From contig NC_068994.1 of NCBI RefSeq assembly GCF_001194135.2, positions 37,393,695 to 37,427,038 on the forward strand: a stretch of 33,344 nucleotides of DNA, given 5' to 3'. The translations under genes and the position numbers were made by a program. This stretch comes from Octopus bimaculoides (taxonomy: Eukaryota). Positions 1 through 11,680 of the stretch are shown piece by piece (position 1 is the first letter of the stretch; each line of letters opens with the position of its first letter). The notes under the pieces were generated by a model, which worked only from the letters and a program-made list of their open reading frames with translations, was not told where the DNA came from and made no database searches.

Positions 1-84
<84 letters not shown>

Positions 85-180
85 TGAAAATATGTATATA
101 CATCAATATCTGTGTATATATATATGTAGATATATATATATATTTGTATGTATTCATGCATGTATTGTATATGTTGATAT
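1..180. repeat. (TA)n / (TATG)n microsatellite tract
   Basis: Direct reading; the overlapping ORFs are low-complexity YI repeats. Confidence 0.95.
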
Positions 181-460
181 TTGCATATGTGCACTTCCCT
201 CACACGAACTATTCTATGGAAGCTGAGGCCAATTGGCACTGACAACAAACACTAGTTCCTGTTAGATGAACAAAATTAAGTAGCTTCAGTGAAGATTAGT
301 AATTAGATGGTTCATTGTATCTGAGAATCAGGTTGCATCTAATATAAATGCTTTGTTCATTTAGATTGTGGCATTATTGCAAAAACTAAAACATTTCTGA
401 TTGAGAAAAATCTCCAAGATTTGTTATATTCCATAGTTATTTTCATATATATATATATTT

Positions 461-495
<35 letters not shown>

Positions 496-503
496 CATTT
501 ATA

Positions 504-855
504 CAGGGCATGATGGGTAAATTGTTGCCATATTCTATTTTTAGTTTTGCGCATGCACATTGTTTGTTTTTGATTTTGTCCACTACGCAGTATAGTAGGG
601 TCAGTTGGGCACTGTCTGTGAGAAAAACAGCACCATGACGTTATTCACTCTGCTAGAAATTTGTTAATTACATGGTGTACTACAAAGTCATCTGGAGGCC
701 ATGATTGAAGCCAATGGATTTAATTGAATAAATTTACTTTTTAGTATTTCACGATATCTTTATGTAATTTTGGTAAATATATCTGTTGAAATGAGATGTC
801 ATGTGTTATTTTCATTTTTGTGTAATTTAGATAACCATTTATTCACTGCACCCTG
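504..855 (+). mobile_element. Non-autonomous Tc1/mariner MITE (internally deleted)
   Basis: Ends TA|CAGGG...CCCTG|TA with degenerate TIRs and a TA TSD (502-503, 856-857). Internal ctggaggccatgattgaagccaatgga reads LEAMIEANG, like a mariner/Tc1 transposase C-terminus. The 5' half is homologous to 11043-11290. Confidence 0.75.
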
Positions 856-933
856 TATATGTACATACATATGTGTGTGTGATATATGAATAGAGTGAGT
901 GAGAGAGAAGGAGAGATACACACACACACACAC

Positions 934-1087
934 GTGCCTGTATGGTAAGTAGCTTGCTTACCAACCACATGGTTCCAGATTAAGTCCCACTGCATGGTAC
1001 CTTAGGCAAGTGTCTTCTACTGTAGCCTTGGGCTGACCAAAGCCTTGTGAGTGGATTTTGTAGACGGAAACTGAAAGAAGCCCATAG

Positions 1088-1142
<55 letters not shown>

Positions 1143-1358
1143 GTATGTGTGTGTGTGTGTGTTTGTGTGTCTGTGTTTGTCCCCCCCCCCTCCAACATCG
1201 CTTGACAACTGATGCTGGTGTGTTTACACCCCTCTAAGTTAGTGGTTCTGCAAAAGAGACTAGGCTGACAAGGAATAAGTCCTGGGGCCGATTTGCTCAA
1301 ATAAAGGCGGTGGTCCAGCATGGCCGCAGTCAAATGACTGAAACAAATATAAAAAAAG
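934..1358 (+). mobile_element. Family A tRNA-derived SINE (CORE-like, octopus OR2-like), near full length
   Basis: Head ...ggtaagtagcttgcttaccaaccacatggttcc, CORE-like accttaggcaagtgtcttct, internal (TA)n(TG)n, 3' end ccagcatggccgcagtcaaatgactgaaaca. The family name is from recall. Confidence 0.85.
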
Positions 1359-1542
1359 AATATATATGTATATGTACATTTACATACATGCATGCATACA
1401 TACGTTCATACATACATACGTATGTACATGCATGCATGCATGCTACATACATACATACATACATATATGAGTGTGTGTGTTTGTGTGCATGTGTGTCTGT
1501 GTCTGTGTCTGTGTGTCTGGTATCTGTATATATCTTTTGTCT

Positions 1543-1875
1543 TTTACTTGTTTCAGTGTTTGAACTGGGAACATGCTGTTGCACTACTTTGGAGGGTTTT
1601 AGCTGAATGAATCAACTGAAGTATGAATTTTTAAACTTTGGTACTTATTCTATCACTTTCTTTCGCTGAGCCACTAAATTTTGGGGGATGTAAGCAAACC
1701 AACTCTGATTTTTAAGCTGTGATGGACGACAAACACAAACACAAAGACACACACACTTAAGTACATCCAGACACACACACACATGGATATATACATATAT
1801 ATATATATATTGAACCTGGGACTGAACTTGGAGCCATCTGTTTGAGAAGCAAATTTCTTATTATGCAGCTATACT
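1543..1875 (-). mobile_element. Family A SINE, degenerate
   Basis: Reverse-complement tail tttacttgtttcag, body, and a head remnant at 1810-1875. Confidence 0.7.
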
Positions 1876-1945
1876 TGGTAATCAAATAAATTATTCAATT
1901 AAAAAAAACTTTTGAACATGACTTCAAATTTCAGCTCATCAGTCA

Positions 1946-1999
1946 TCATCACTCTTTCTGATGATAGCTTCTAAGCTGAAACCTGAGAGTCAGTGCTGA
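1946..1999 (+). ncRNA. Type I hammerhead-ribozyme-like motif (H1)
   Basis: CTGATGA (1958-1964), stem II agct/agct (1966-1977), GAAA (1978-1981), C...GTC (1982, 1989-1991). Stem I tcatcact/agtgctga is displaced by a 4-nt cttt insert. Confidence 0.45.
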
Positions 2000-2030
2000 A
2001 GTTTGGTGGGTAAAACTTAATAGATATTTA

Positions 2031-2440
2031 CTCTACTCTTTTACTCTTTTACTTGTTTCAGTCATTTGACTGCAGCCATGCTGGAGCACCACCTTTAGTT
2101 GAGCAAATCAACCACGGGACTTATTCTTTGTAAGCCTAATATTTATTCTATCTGTCTCTTTTACCGAACCGCTAAGTGACGGGGACATCAGTATCGTTTG
2201 TCAAGTAATGCTAGGGGGACAAATACAGACACTCAAACATACACACACACACACATATATATATATACATATATATGATGAGCTTCTTTCAGTTTCCGTC
2301 TACCAAATCCACTCACAAAGCTTTAGTTGGCCCGAGGCTATAGTAGAAGACACTTGCCCCAGATGTCACGCAGAGGGATTGAACCCGGAACCGTGTGGTT
2401 TGTAAGCAAGCTACTTACCACACATCCACTCCTGTGCCTA
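2031..2440 (-). mobile_element. Family A SINE, full length, fairly young
   Basis: From the (ttttactc)n tail to the head ccacacatccactcctgtgcc. Confidence 0.9.
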
Positions 2441-2541
2441 CTAAAAAATATTGAGCAATATCTCAGTTTAAAGTGAAATTGCTTTTATATATAACTTCAC
2501 AGAAAAACAATATATGTTTTTAAATACACACACACACTCAC

Positions 2542-2706
2542 GCAGCGTATGTAAAGGTTGATAATCGAAGCTGTGTCCTTGTGAAGCACATCTGCATGTA
2601 TACATTGTTTATTATTGAACCTTTGTCTGATGAGTTAAGGATAGGAATTTCTACACATTTTTCTGCATGCTCATCTTTGTAACTCTTATCCTCTAATGAA
2701 ACACTT
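2542..2706 (-). CDS. Candidate internal exon (165 nt, phase 2-2), product unknown: SVSLEDKSYKDEHAEKCVEIPILNSSDKGSIINNVYMQMCFTRTQLRLSTFTYA
   Basis: Acceptor tttctctttctatgttag|, donor |gtgagt, only one frame open across 55 codons, non-repetitive sequence. Confidence 0.45.
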
Positions 2707-2755
2707 CTAACATAGAAAGAGAAATATACCAAAATTTTCCCACTCTATTCTATAT

Positions 2756-3185
2756 NNNNNNNNNNNNNNNNNNNNNNNNNNNNNNNNNNNNNNNNNNNNN
2801 NNNNNNNNNNNNNNNNNNNNNNNNNNNNNNNNNNNNNNNNNNNNNNNNNNNNNNNTGCACCCGTACATATTCCCATATTATTGCCAATATCATTATATTC
2901 GTATCATACCTGTATGTTGGTATCCAGGTGGCTGTCAACCCATGTGGATGTTAAGTAAGGAGAGAAGCATTCAATAATATTTCTACACTTTCCACTTGGA
3001 TCAATATTCACCATATAAAATGATGAGTTTATGTTTTATAGTTTTATAGTAGTGTTATTGAAACATAATAGATACCCATATGCTAACATGCATGTGTGCA
3101 CGCATGTACACACATACACATAGACACATTATGTATATGCCAATGTTCGTTTGTGTATGTGTGTATCTCTGTCTCTGTCTGTCTG

Positions 3186-3249
<64 letters not shown>

Positions 3250-4286
3250 NNNNNNNNNNNNNNNNNNNNNNNNNNNNNNNNNNNNNNNNNNNNNNNNNNN
3301 NNNNNNNNNNNNNNNNNNNNNNNNNNNNNNNNNNNNNNNNNNNNNNNNATATATATATTGACAGAGCAGAGATCGTTGTTCCCGAATAATTCTACTAGCT
3401 GTTAATAAAAAGTTAGAGAGAAAAGAAGAAAAAAATTTACAGAAAACACACAAAAAAAATATAGAAAAGAAAATTTACTAAATAGAAAAATTACGAAAAT
3501 AATGAAAATAGCAAAACAAAAAAAAAATGATAAATAAAAAGATAAAAATAATAAAAATCATATCAAACTGCACATGAACAAAACAAATTTCGATGAAGCC
3601 ATTAGAATATATGTTTGGTGTATTTATGCACGGATCTCTTAATATAATTAGTAATATTACAATAGTTATCTTCATAAATCAATCATCTATTATTTTAATT
3701 TCTATTGCTGTTCATCTCATGCAGACCTGATTAAGATCTCTAGAGTGATGCTCCCCACCACCCTTTCTTTTTATTATTTTTTATAGGTTTTTACTTTATG
3801 GATAATTCCTTTTAGAGATTACAGGGCTTAGCAGTGATTTCCTCCATCTGTATATGTGTGTGTGAATGTATGTATAAATATATGTATGAATATATGCATA
3901 AATACGTATATGTATATGTATGTATGTATATATAAATATATATACACACAGACATACATATATATATATATACATACATATATATATATGTATACATACA
4001 TACATATATATATACAAATATATATATATATNNNNNNNNNNNNNNNNNNNNNNNNNNNNNNNNNNNNNNNNNNNNNNNNNNNNNNNNNNNNNNNNNNNNN
4101 NNNNNNNNNNNNNNNNNNNNNNNNNNNNNNNNNNNNNNNNNNNNNNNNNNNNNNNNNNNNNNNNNNNNNNNNNNNNNNNNNNNNNNNNNNNNNNNNNNNN
4201 NNNNNNNNNNNNNNNNNNNNNNNNNNNNNNNNNNNNNNNNNNNNNNNNNNNNNNNNNNNNNNNNNNNNNNNNNNNNNNNNNNNNNN
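2756..4286. other. Assembly gaps at 2756-2855, 3250-3348 and 4032-4286 (others at 14121-14132, 15596-15648, 29561-29615)
   Basis: N runs, mostly next to (TA)n tracts. Confidence 0.98.
2910..2994 (-). CDS. Candidate exon, product unknown: GKCRNIIECFSPYLTSTWVDSHLDTNIQ
   Basis: Strong donor cag|gtatga and an open frame. The acceptor is weak and uncertain. A 100-N gap separates it from the 2542-2706 candidate. Confidence 0.3.
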
Positions 4287-4338
4287 ATACATATGTGTGT
4301 AAATATATATCAATCTATCTATCTATCAATCTGTCTAT

Positions 4339-4389
<51 letters not shown>

Positions 4390-4976
4390 GATATATACGC
4401 ATATACATAAATATATATATATATGCATGTGTGTGTAAAGAGAGAAAGAAGGGGACAAAGACTAAAAGAGAGAAAGGGAAAAAGGAAGGGAAATGATAGT
4501 GTTAAAAACGAAGTAAAGATACATAAATATATAGATTGATTGATTAAATCGCGTTTCTGTATTGTGAATATAGTCGTTGATATCCAATTTGTGAAGCTCT
4601 ACATTTACAAAGTCCTACTTATATATGTATTTGTACAGTATTATCTCCACTTGCATGGCTACTTACTTTTAATGGTTTTTATATATAATGAGAATGCATC
4701 ATTGATGTAGCTGATTGTAAAGGATGTTGTTTTTACAAGTTTGCGTATGTGTATGTATATATGTTTGTCTGTGTGCATATGTGCATGTGTGTGTGTGTGT
4801 GTATATGTGCATCAGTGGACAGAGACATGTTTAAATGTGCATTCACACTTAGATCTAAAGTCACATACACATAAATACACATACACACAGGTATGTATAT
4901 CTATATGTGTTTGTCTATATAAGTGTATACATTTGTATATATATATATGTGTGTGTGTATACATGTATATATATGT

Positions 4977-5021
<45 letters not shown>

Positions 5022-5073
5022 CACATACATGCACACATATATATATGTATATTCATACATACATATCTACATA

Positions 5074-5112
<39 letters not shown>

Positions 5113-5181
5113 TTACATACACATACATACATACACATGCATACATATACACATACATATACACATACATACATACATACC

Positions 5182-5217
<36 letters not shown>

Positions 5218-5220
5218 CAT
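3795..5220. repeat. Compound microsatellite region: (TA)n, (TATG)n, (CT)n, (CA)n
   Basis: Direct reading; interrupted by about 300 bp of unique sequence at 4440-4740. Confidence 0.9.
4667..4710 (-). CDS. Weak candidate exon (44 nt): YINDAFSLYIKTIK
   Basis: Acceptor catcctttacaatcag|, donor |gtaagt. Phase-compatible with a strong acceptor at 3398 (ctaactttttattaacag|), which would continue TSRIIREQRSLLCQY. Confidence 0.25.
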
Positions 5221-6004
5221 TGGATAATAATTTCTCACACAGATATGATCTGAGGTCAACAGTAAAATGCATTTGAAGCTGAGATCTTCATGCTTTTCTT
5301 CCTGCTCAAGAGCACTGGAAGCATAACTGAAGTGAACTGGTTTTATACAGGGAATAAAAGGAATGCTACATTATGAGGAATCCCCTTTCTCTGATTATGG
5401 TACATTTGAAACCATGACTCATCTACTGGTTAAGTCATAATTGGTTTATCCCTGTTTGGATGATTTGAGGAATAACATGAAAAATGCACACAAGATAATT
5501 TAAAACTGGAGAAAGATTTCATAGCGATAGAAAATTATAGTGTTGGAATCAAAACTAGGTCACATATTCTTTGTTTGGCTGTTGGTTACTTATTATATTC
5601 TATGATGCTTGCCCTCACAGACACACACATTATATTTATTTGTTTAACATTCTTCTTTAGTTCTATTCTGAGTTGTATTGTACACTATTGTGCATTAGTC
5701 CATCTTTAAAAGGTTCCAGTAGAATATCAGAAATTTTTCTGTGAGAAGGATTGTATGAGTACGTGCATTTGTGTGTTGTGTTTGTGTGTGTGTGTGTGTG
5801 TGTATGTGTGTGTATGTGTGTGCGTATGCGTGCATGCATGCATGTATGGGCTTTGAACTCCCCTCATCAAGACCCTTCTCCACCTCTGAAGAAAAGGATG
5901 CACTGAATTGTGTCTCATGATCCCATCACTTCTCATACCAAAATACAGCTAATTAAAATCTATATCTATCTGTCTGTCTGTCTGTCTGCTTGTCTGTCTA
6001 TCCA

Positions 6005-6041
<37 letters not shown>

Positions 6042-6172
6042 CATACATATATATATATATATATATCCCTCTCTCACTCTGTGGGAGAGAGGCACAAGCA
6101 CATACACAGACATATACACACACAGCAGTAACTTCCGCCTACCAAATTTAATCACAAAGCTTCGGTCGGCTC

Positions 6173-6204
<32 letters not shown>

Positions 6205-6394
6205 ATATATATTTCAATATTTGCTTCAAGACACAAAGCATTTTATAAAAACCTGCCTTGACTCATGTCTCCAGTGCATGAAACTATTAGTAGCTCATAT
6301 CTTTATATTGTGTACATTAAGTAATATTATCTTCACTGGATGGAGTACTTTTTTTCGTTGATCTTACCTTAAAGAAGAAAATAAACAATATATA

Positions 6395-6617
6395 CTTTAT
6401 TTATGGGTTAACAAGATTACCATCGGTTTCTTTCCAAGAGTAATTTCTCAACAATTATCAAACCTGCCACAGAGAATGTTGGTATTCACCTCCATCTTGG
6501 ATGAGAATACTCCAAAATGTAGATGAGTATCAACGTCCCATATGTCAGGTTTGATAATTACTGAAAAATTCCTCTCTGCATGAAACCAGTGGTAGCCTTG
6601 TTAACCCACAAATAAAG
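6395..6617. mobile_element. Foldback (palindromic) MITE-like element
   Basis: Arms 6395-6501 and 6511-6617 are 107 nt each, with no indels and 83/107 matches by hand count; 9-nt loop. Confidence 0.85.
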
Positions 6618-6887
6618 AATATTTATCCATTAATCCGGGTTTGAGCACACATTCTCACTGTTTGATATTAATGTGTATTCACATGTATAAAGGTATATGT
6701 AGATGTTTATATCTGTATACATATATGTAAGCATATATATATGTATACACAATTTCAGTTAATTATTTTCAGATTCCTGCAGATGGTGAAGCCTAAGCTC
6801 TTATGCCAGTGCTTTACAACTTGTCAAGGATGGTGACTCAAATTTACTTTTGTTTCTCTAAAAATAAGACAAGGCAGTATTTGTTTT

Positions 6888-7258
6888 TAGGCATGGTTGT
6901 GTAGTTAAGAAGGTCACTTTGTATCCACATGGTTTCAGGTTCAGTCCCACTACATGGCAGTTTGGGAAAGTGTCCTCAACTATTGCCCCAGCCCAACCAA
7001 TGCCTTGTGAGTTAATTTGGTAGATGGAAACAGTAGGTAAACCTACGATATATGTGTGTGTTCGTATTTGTTCTCACCACCATTTGACAATGGTGTTAGT
7101 TTGTTCATGTCCACATGACTTAGTTGTTTGGCAAGAAAGATCAATAAAGTAAGTATTAGTATTGGGGTTGATTTATTTGACTAAAACTTTCAAGCTGGTG
7201 CCCTAGCATGGCTGCAGTCCAATGATAGAATCAAGTACAAGCTAAAAGATAAAAGATA
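6888..7258 (+). mobile_element. Family A SINE, older copy
   Basis: Head, CORE-like segment and aaaagat tail. Confidence 0.8.
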
Positions 7259-7667
7259 TGATATAGCCATATTAAACAGAGTGTATATAACCTTCTGTGT
7301 GAGACTAACCATGTATGATCAGTATAGGTAATTAATATATTTCAATTTAAGCTGTAGATGTAGAAATATTCTGACTTAGAATTAATTTTATCACACACCT
7401 GAATAATTTCACAACACACCTGTTTAATTTTATGACACTTAGTTTGAAAAACTCTTCTCTATATGATAGGTAGACCTAGAAATAACTGGCAATTCTTCCC
7501 TCAAATCACATCCTGTGTAATTACAAATGGAATGAGACACGTTTATTGAGGAGAATAAAGTCATGTATATATTATATCATCATATCTTAAAGATAAGATG
7601 ATCCTTACGTAGATCTTAGGTTTACTTCACCAGGGATAACACAAAGTTCAATAACAAAAACAATAGC

Positions 7668-8118
7668 AACATGGCTATGTGGTAAGAAGTTTGATTTCTG
7701 ACTACACAGTTTCTAGCTCAACCCCACTGCATGGCACCTTGGGCAAGTGTTTCCTATAATAGCCTTGGGCTGACCAAAGCCTTGTAAGTGGATCTGGCAG
7801 ATGGAAACTGAAAGAGGCTTGTTATGCACACATGCACGTGCATATATGTGTGTGTGTGCATGCATGCGTGTGTGTGTTTGTGTTATTGCCTCTTTGCCTT
7901 GACATTGTGATAGTTGTGAGTGAGTGTCATGTTATAGAAATAGTGTCCATTGTTTTCAATTTTCTGTGAAAATATGTGTGGTCATGGGGAAATATCATCT
8001 TACTTGGAAACAAGCAAGGACTGGCAAGAAGAAGGGTATCCAGCTATAAAAAAAATCTACCTCAGCAAATTTTTTCCAACATGTGCATACATGGAAAGGT
8101 GTATGTTAAAATGATGAT
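7668..8118 (+). mobile_element. Family A head with RTE-like (GAT)n tail
   Basis: Family A 5' half joined to gaagggtatccagctataaaa...atggaaaggtgtatgttaaaatgatgat. Confidence 0.75.
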
Positions 8119-8222
8119 TTGTTGCAACTATTTCTCCAGTTCAGTCAAACAAATTAATTCCAGGACTTATTCTTTGTAAGCCACACCTGCGCCTACTATT
8201 TACTTAACTTTTCCAATAAATA

Positions 8223-9096
8223 ATGTCAGACATCAGACTGACTCAGCAATTGAAAAAGCATGCAGTAATCATCGCCTGCAGCATGGTATACAGAGATAGT
8301 TCTCTTCCTGATCCTTCATTGTCAAAGTTCAAAAAGCACTGAAAGCAGGTAAATGCAAAATGCATGCACAGAGTTCTAATACCATCAGAACATGTAACAT
8401 GGTACAAAATGTCGAAGAAATAATCTATAAAACACTGGAATGTCAATCAGAGCCATTGCAAAGAAGCTCAAAGTTTCAGAATGCACTATCAGAAGAGTTA
8501 TGCATGAGAACATCTGGTACATGTCGTATGAAATGCAGAGGTGTCAGTTTATGTTGGATATGACAAAAGAGAATCATTTGATCTGTGCAGAGTGCTGGCT
8601 AAACAAGGTAAAACACTAAGAAGGCTGGAATGCTTTGCTTTTTCTTTCAATGAGAAACTTCAATCAGGGCCAAAAGAAACCTGAATGAAGCCCCAATGGT
8701 CATGCATACTAAGTTTCCAGCAATTGTGATGATGCTGGGAGTCATCAGCAACGTGGGAGATGTTCTCCCAGACATGTGGCCTCCTAGCTCATCAGACCTT
8801 AATCCAATGGGGTGTAGTCAAGAGAGGTCAATTGATACCCCCCATAACACCATACAATCTTTCAAGTCTTCCATAATCAGCACTATGTCTGTGGTCCTTT
8901 GATGGAAACAAGTGAACGGTATAAATGATACCATTAAAGATAACAGTACTATGTAGGAGGAGGAGGGAGCGGGGGAGGGAGAGGAAGAGAGAAGAGGAGT
9001 AGGAGAAAATGGTAGCACTGATTCGAGCATGTCAATACTTCTGTCTGACTCTGTATTGAAGCAACCATTGATGCTAATGTTGGATTCATTAAATAG
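8223..9096 (+). pseudogene. Degraded Tc1/mariner-superfamily transposase (DD37D/maT-like)
   Basis: Frameshifted segments: MSDIRLTQQLKKHAVII; SFIVKVQKAL; SNTIRT; MSIRAIAKKLKVSECTIRRVMHENIWYMSY...NKVKH; F-NEK; MHTKFPAIVMMLGVISNVGDV; PDMWPPSSSDLNP; PHNTIQSFK; LIRAC; IEATIDANVGFIK*. Confidence 0.85.
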
Positions 9097-9221
9097 ATGT
9101 GGTAAAAGGATTTTTGAAGATTATTTGTACCAATTTGTTTTCAAATACACCTTCTATTTAATGAGTTATGTATTTTTTTCTTTCTAAATTCATACAAATT
9201 GCTTCAAGAAACTAACACATC

Positions 9222-9460
9222 GTGTGTGTGTGTGTTTGTGTTTGTGTTTGCCCCTCCCCATCACTGTTACTTGACAAGCAGTCTTCATTTGTTTACTTCC
9301 CCATAGCAGTTCAGCAAAAGAAGTGACCAATAGAATAAGTACAGTACTTGAAAAATATACTGGTGTTAATTTGTTTGACTGAACACATCAGGCCAATGCC
9401 CCAGCATGTCTATGGTCCTTTGATGGAAACAAGTGAAAGGTATAAATGATAAAAGATGCT
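9222..9460 (+). mobile_element. Family A SINE 3' half, degenerate
   Basis: (TG)n, aatagaataagtac, ccagcatg...gaaacaagtgaaag tail. Confidence 0.65.
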
Positions 9461-9668
9461 CCCCACGCTACATTCTGCAGAAACCCAGTAAAGATAACAG
9501 TACTATCTAGGAGGAGGGAGGGGCGAGAGAGGGGGGTAGGAGAAAAAGATAGCACCTCTTGCCCTCTCTCTCTTGCAAAACATAGCAAATGAACCATACA
9601 TTGTCATATTAGATTTTATGCTCCCTCTCTTCAAGGAAGCTCTGTCTTCAATACTCTTCACTTATAAT

Positions 9669-10063
9669 TTGTTGTTGTTGTTGTTGGCATTCCGTCGCTT
9701 ACGACGTCGAGGGTTCCAGTGGATCCGATCAATGGAACAGCCTGCTCATGAAATTAACGTGCAAGTGGCTGAGTACTCCACTTACACGTGTACCCTTAAC
9801 GTAGTTCTTGGGGATATTCAGCATGACACAGTGTGACAAGGTTGGCCCTTTGAATTACAGGCACAACAGAAACAGGAAGTAAGAGTGAGAGAAAGTTGTG
9901 GTGAAAGAGTACAGCATGGTTCGCCACCATCCCCTGCTGGAGCCTCGTGGAGCTTTAGGTGTTTTCGCTCAATAAACACTTACAACGCCCGGTCTGGGAA
10001 TCAAAACCGCGATCCTATGACCGCGAGTCCGCTGCCCTAACCACTGGGCCATTGCGCCTCCAC
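9669..10063 (-). mobile_element. Family C tRNA-derived SINE (Nin-domain-like, OR1-like), full length, young
   Basis: tRNA-like head GTGGAGGCGCAATGGCCCAGTGGTTAGGGCAGCGGAC, (CAA)n tail, perfect 16-bp TSD actcttcacttataat (9653-9668, 10064-10079). Confidence 0.9.
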
Positions 10064-10799
10064 ACTCTTCACTTATAATATCTCTCTAGCATCTCACATA
10101 CCACCCTCCATCACAAATACTCATTCTTTCTGCTTCCAATTCTCTTCAATTCTTACTATTGTTCTCTCTCTCTCTCTCTCTTTTGCTCTTCTCTAGTTTA
10201 CTCTTGATTAATTTTATAGCACAAATGTTTTCCACTTCTTTCTTCCATTTTCACTTTTAAACATTCTCAGAATCAAATTCACATTTTCTAGACATAAAAA
10301 ATTATTGTATAATTTATAATATTTATGATACAGTAAAATGATGAACTTTTTAGTGATTTTTCTTCCATTCCTTCTTTCTTTCTTTCTTGCTGCTCCTTTC
10401 TCTTGTTATATTTTTATTTGTATTACATTTCTTATTTTCATTGTGACTTTCCTCTCCCTTTTTCTTTCCTTCTGTCCTACTCTCTTTCATTTTCCCTCCT
10501 TTCAACTAGCTTCTTTTTCAAGTTTTTACTCCATCTGTATCTCACATATGTAATAATACCTTATGCAGCTGTAAGATTTATATTCATATTTAAATGTTAC
10601 AGTCTTATTATTTATAAAACCTCTTGATAAAAATTTTATACCTGTATGTATCAACTTGTAAATTAAGAATAAAGATGTCAGATATTTTTTGATAAATGTC
10701 AGAATGTAACTTGTAGTAAATAACAGTCAAAATCTCAGTTCATTAACCTTACTTTTATGCATTGAGTACTTTTCTTTATGCTTCCACACATGGTGATGC

Positions 10800-11040
<241 letters not shown>

Positions 11041-11042
11041 TA

Positions 11043-11290
11043 CACTGGGTGTTAAGGACAAATTGCCACCATTTTATATTTTTAATTTTGCACACATGCA
11101 TTGTTTGGTTTTGATTTTGTCGACTACACGACACAGTAGGGTCAGTCGGGCACCATCTGTGAGAAAAACAGCACCATGATACAATTCCCTCTGCCAGAAA
11201 TTTAGAAACGATATACTGTACTGCTTGGCACTCATGCCAGAAGCTCCAATATGAACATTTCAAGGATGTAATCACACCAACAATGCTTGT
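11043..11290 (+). mobile_element. 5' fragment of a Tc1/mariner element (same family as 504-855)
   Basis: TA|CACTGGG end; shares gtagggtcagt.gggcac..tctgtgagaaaaacagcaccatga; start of a transposase MIQFPLPEI*KRYTVLLG. Confidence 0.7.
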
Positions 11291-11328
11291 CAAGCAGTGA
11301 TGTGGAACAAACTCAGACACACACAGAT

Positions 11329-11650
11329 AGGGCAAGTGTCTTCTGCTATAGCCTCAGGCCAACCAGAGCCTTGTGAGTGGATTTGGTAGATGGAAACTGA
11401 AAGAAGCCTGTTGTATATTGTATGTGTGTCTGTGTCTTTGTGTTTATGTTTGTCCTCCACCACCTCTCAACAAGTGGTGTTGGTGTGTTTACATTTCCAT
11501 AATTTAATAGATTGGCAAAAGAGACCAATAGATAGAAGGGCCAGACTTGCAAAATATTGGAATCAAGTCATCTGACTAAAAGTACTTCATGGTTGTGCTC
11601 CAGCATGTCATAGTCTAATGGTTGAAACAAGTAAAAGTTAAATGACAAAG
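11329..11650 (+). mobile_element. Family A SINE, 5'-truncated at the CORE
   Basis: Starts at gggcaagtgtcttctgctatagcc and runs to the tail. Confidence 0.8.
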
Positions 11651-11680
11651 ATAATAACTAAGAAAAAAAAATATAAAAAA

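Noticed and set aside
190-270. Minus-strand exon after a good acceptor (catctaacag)
   Set aside because: All three frames stop before the donor.
1918-1945. Minus-strand CTGATGA-gct-GAAA-tttgaa-GTC overlapping H1
   Set aside because: No room for stem II and no stem I pairing.
4545-4585. Minus-strand hairpin followed by GAAACGCG
   Set aside because: The upstream core reads tcaacga, not CTGANGA; too decayed to call.
5239-5370. Minus-strand exon HFSYASSALEQEEKHEDLSFKCILLLTSDHIC
   Set aside because: The acceptor is ambiguous and the phase does not fit the next candidate; kept only as a possibility.
5845-5920. Penelope-like traces (ctgaagaaaagg...gaattgtgtc)
   Set aside because: GAAA and the stems are absent.
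6555-6600. CTGAAAA...GAAAC-cagtg-GTA in the palindrome arm as a hammerhead
   Set aside because: Both arms lack G8, and stems I and II do not form.
6774-6833. Plus-strand 60-nt exon FLQMVKPKLLCQCFTTCQG
   Set aside because: Isolated, on the opposite strand to the better candidates, and expected by chance at this length.
9990-10063. tRNA gene
   Set aside because: It is the tRNA-derived head of a SINE with a tail and TSD.
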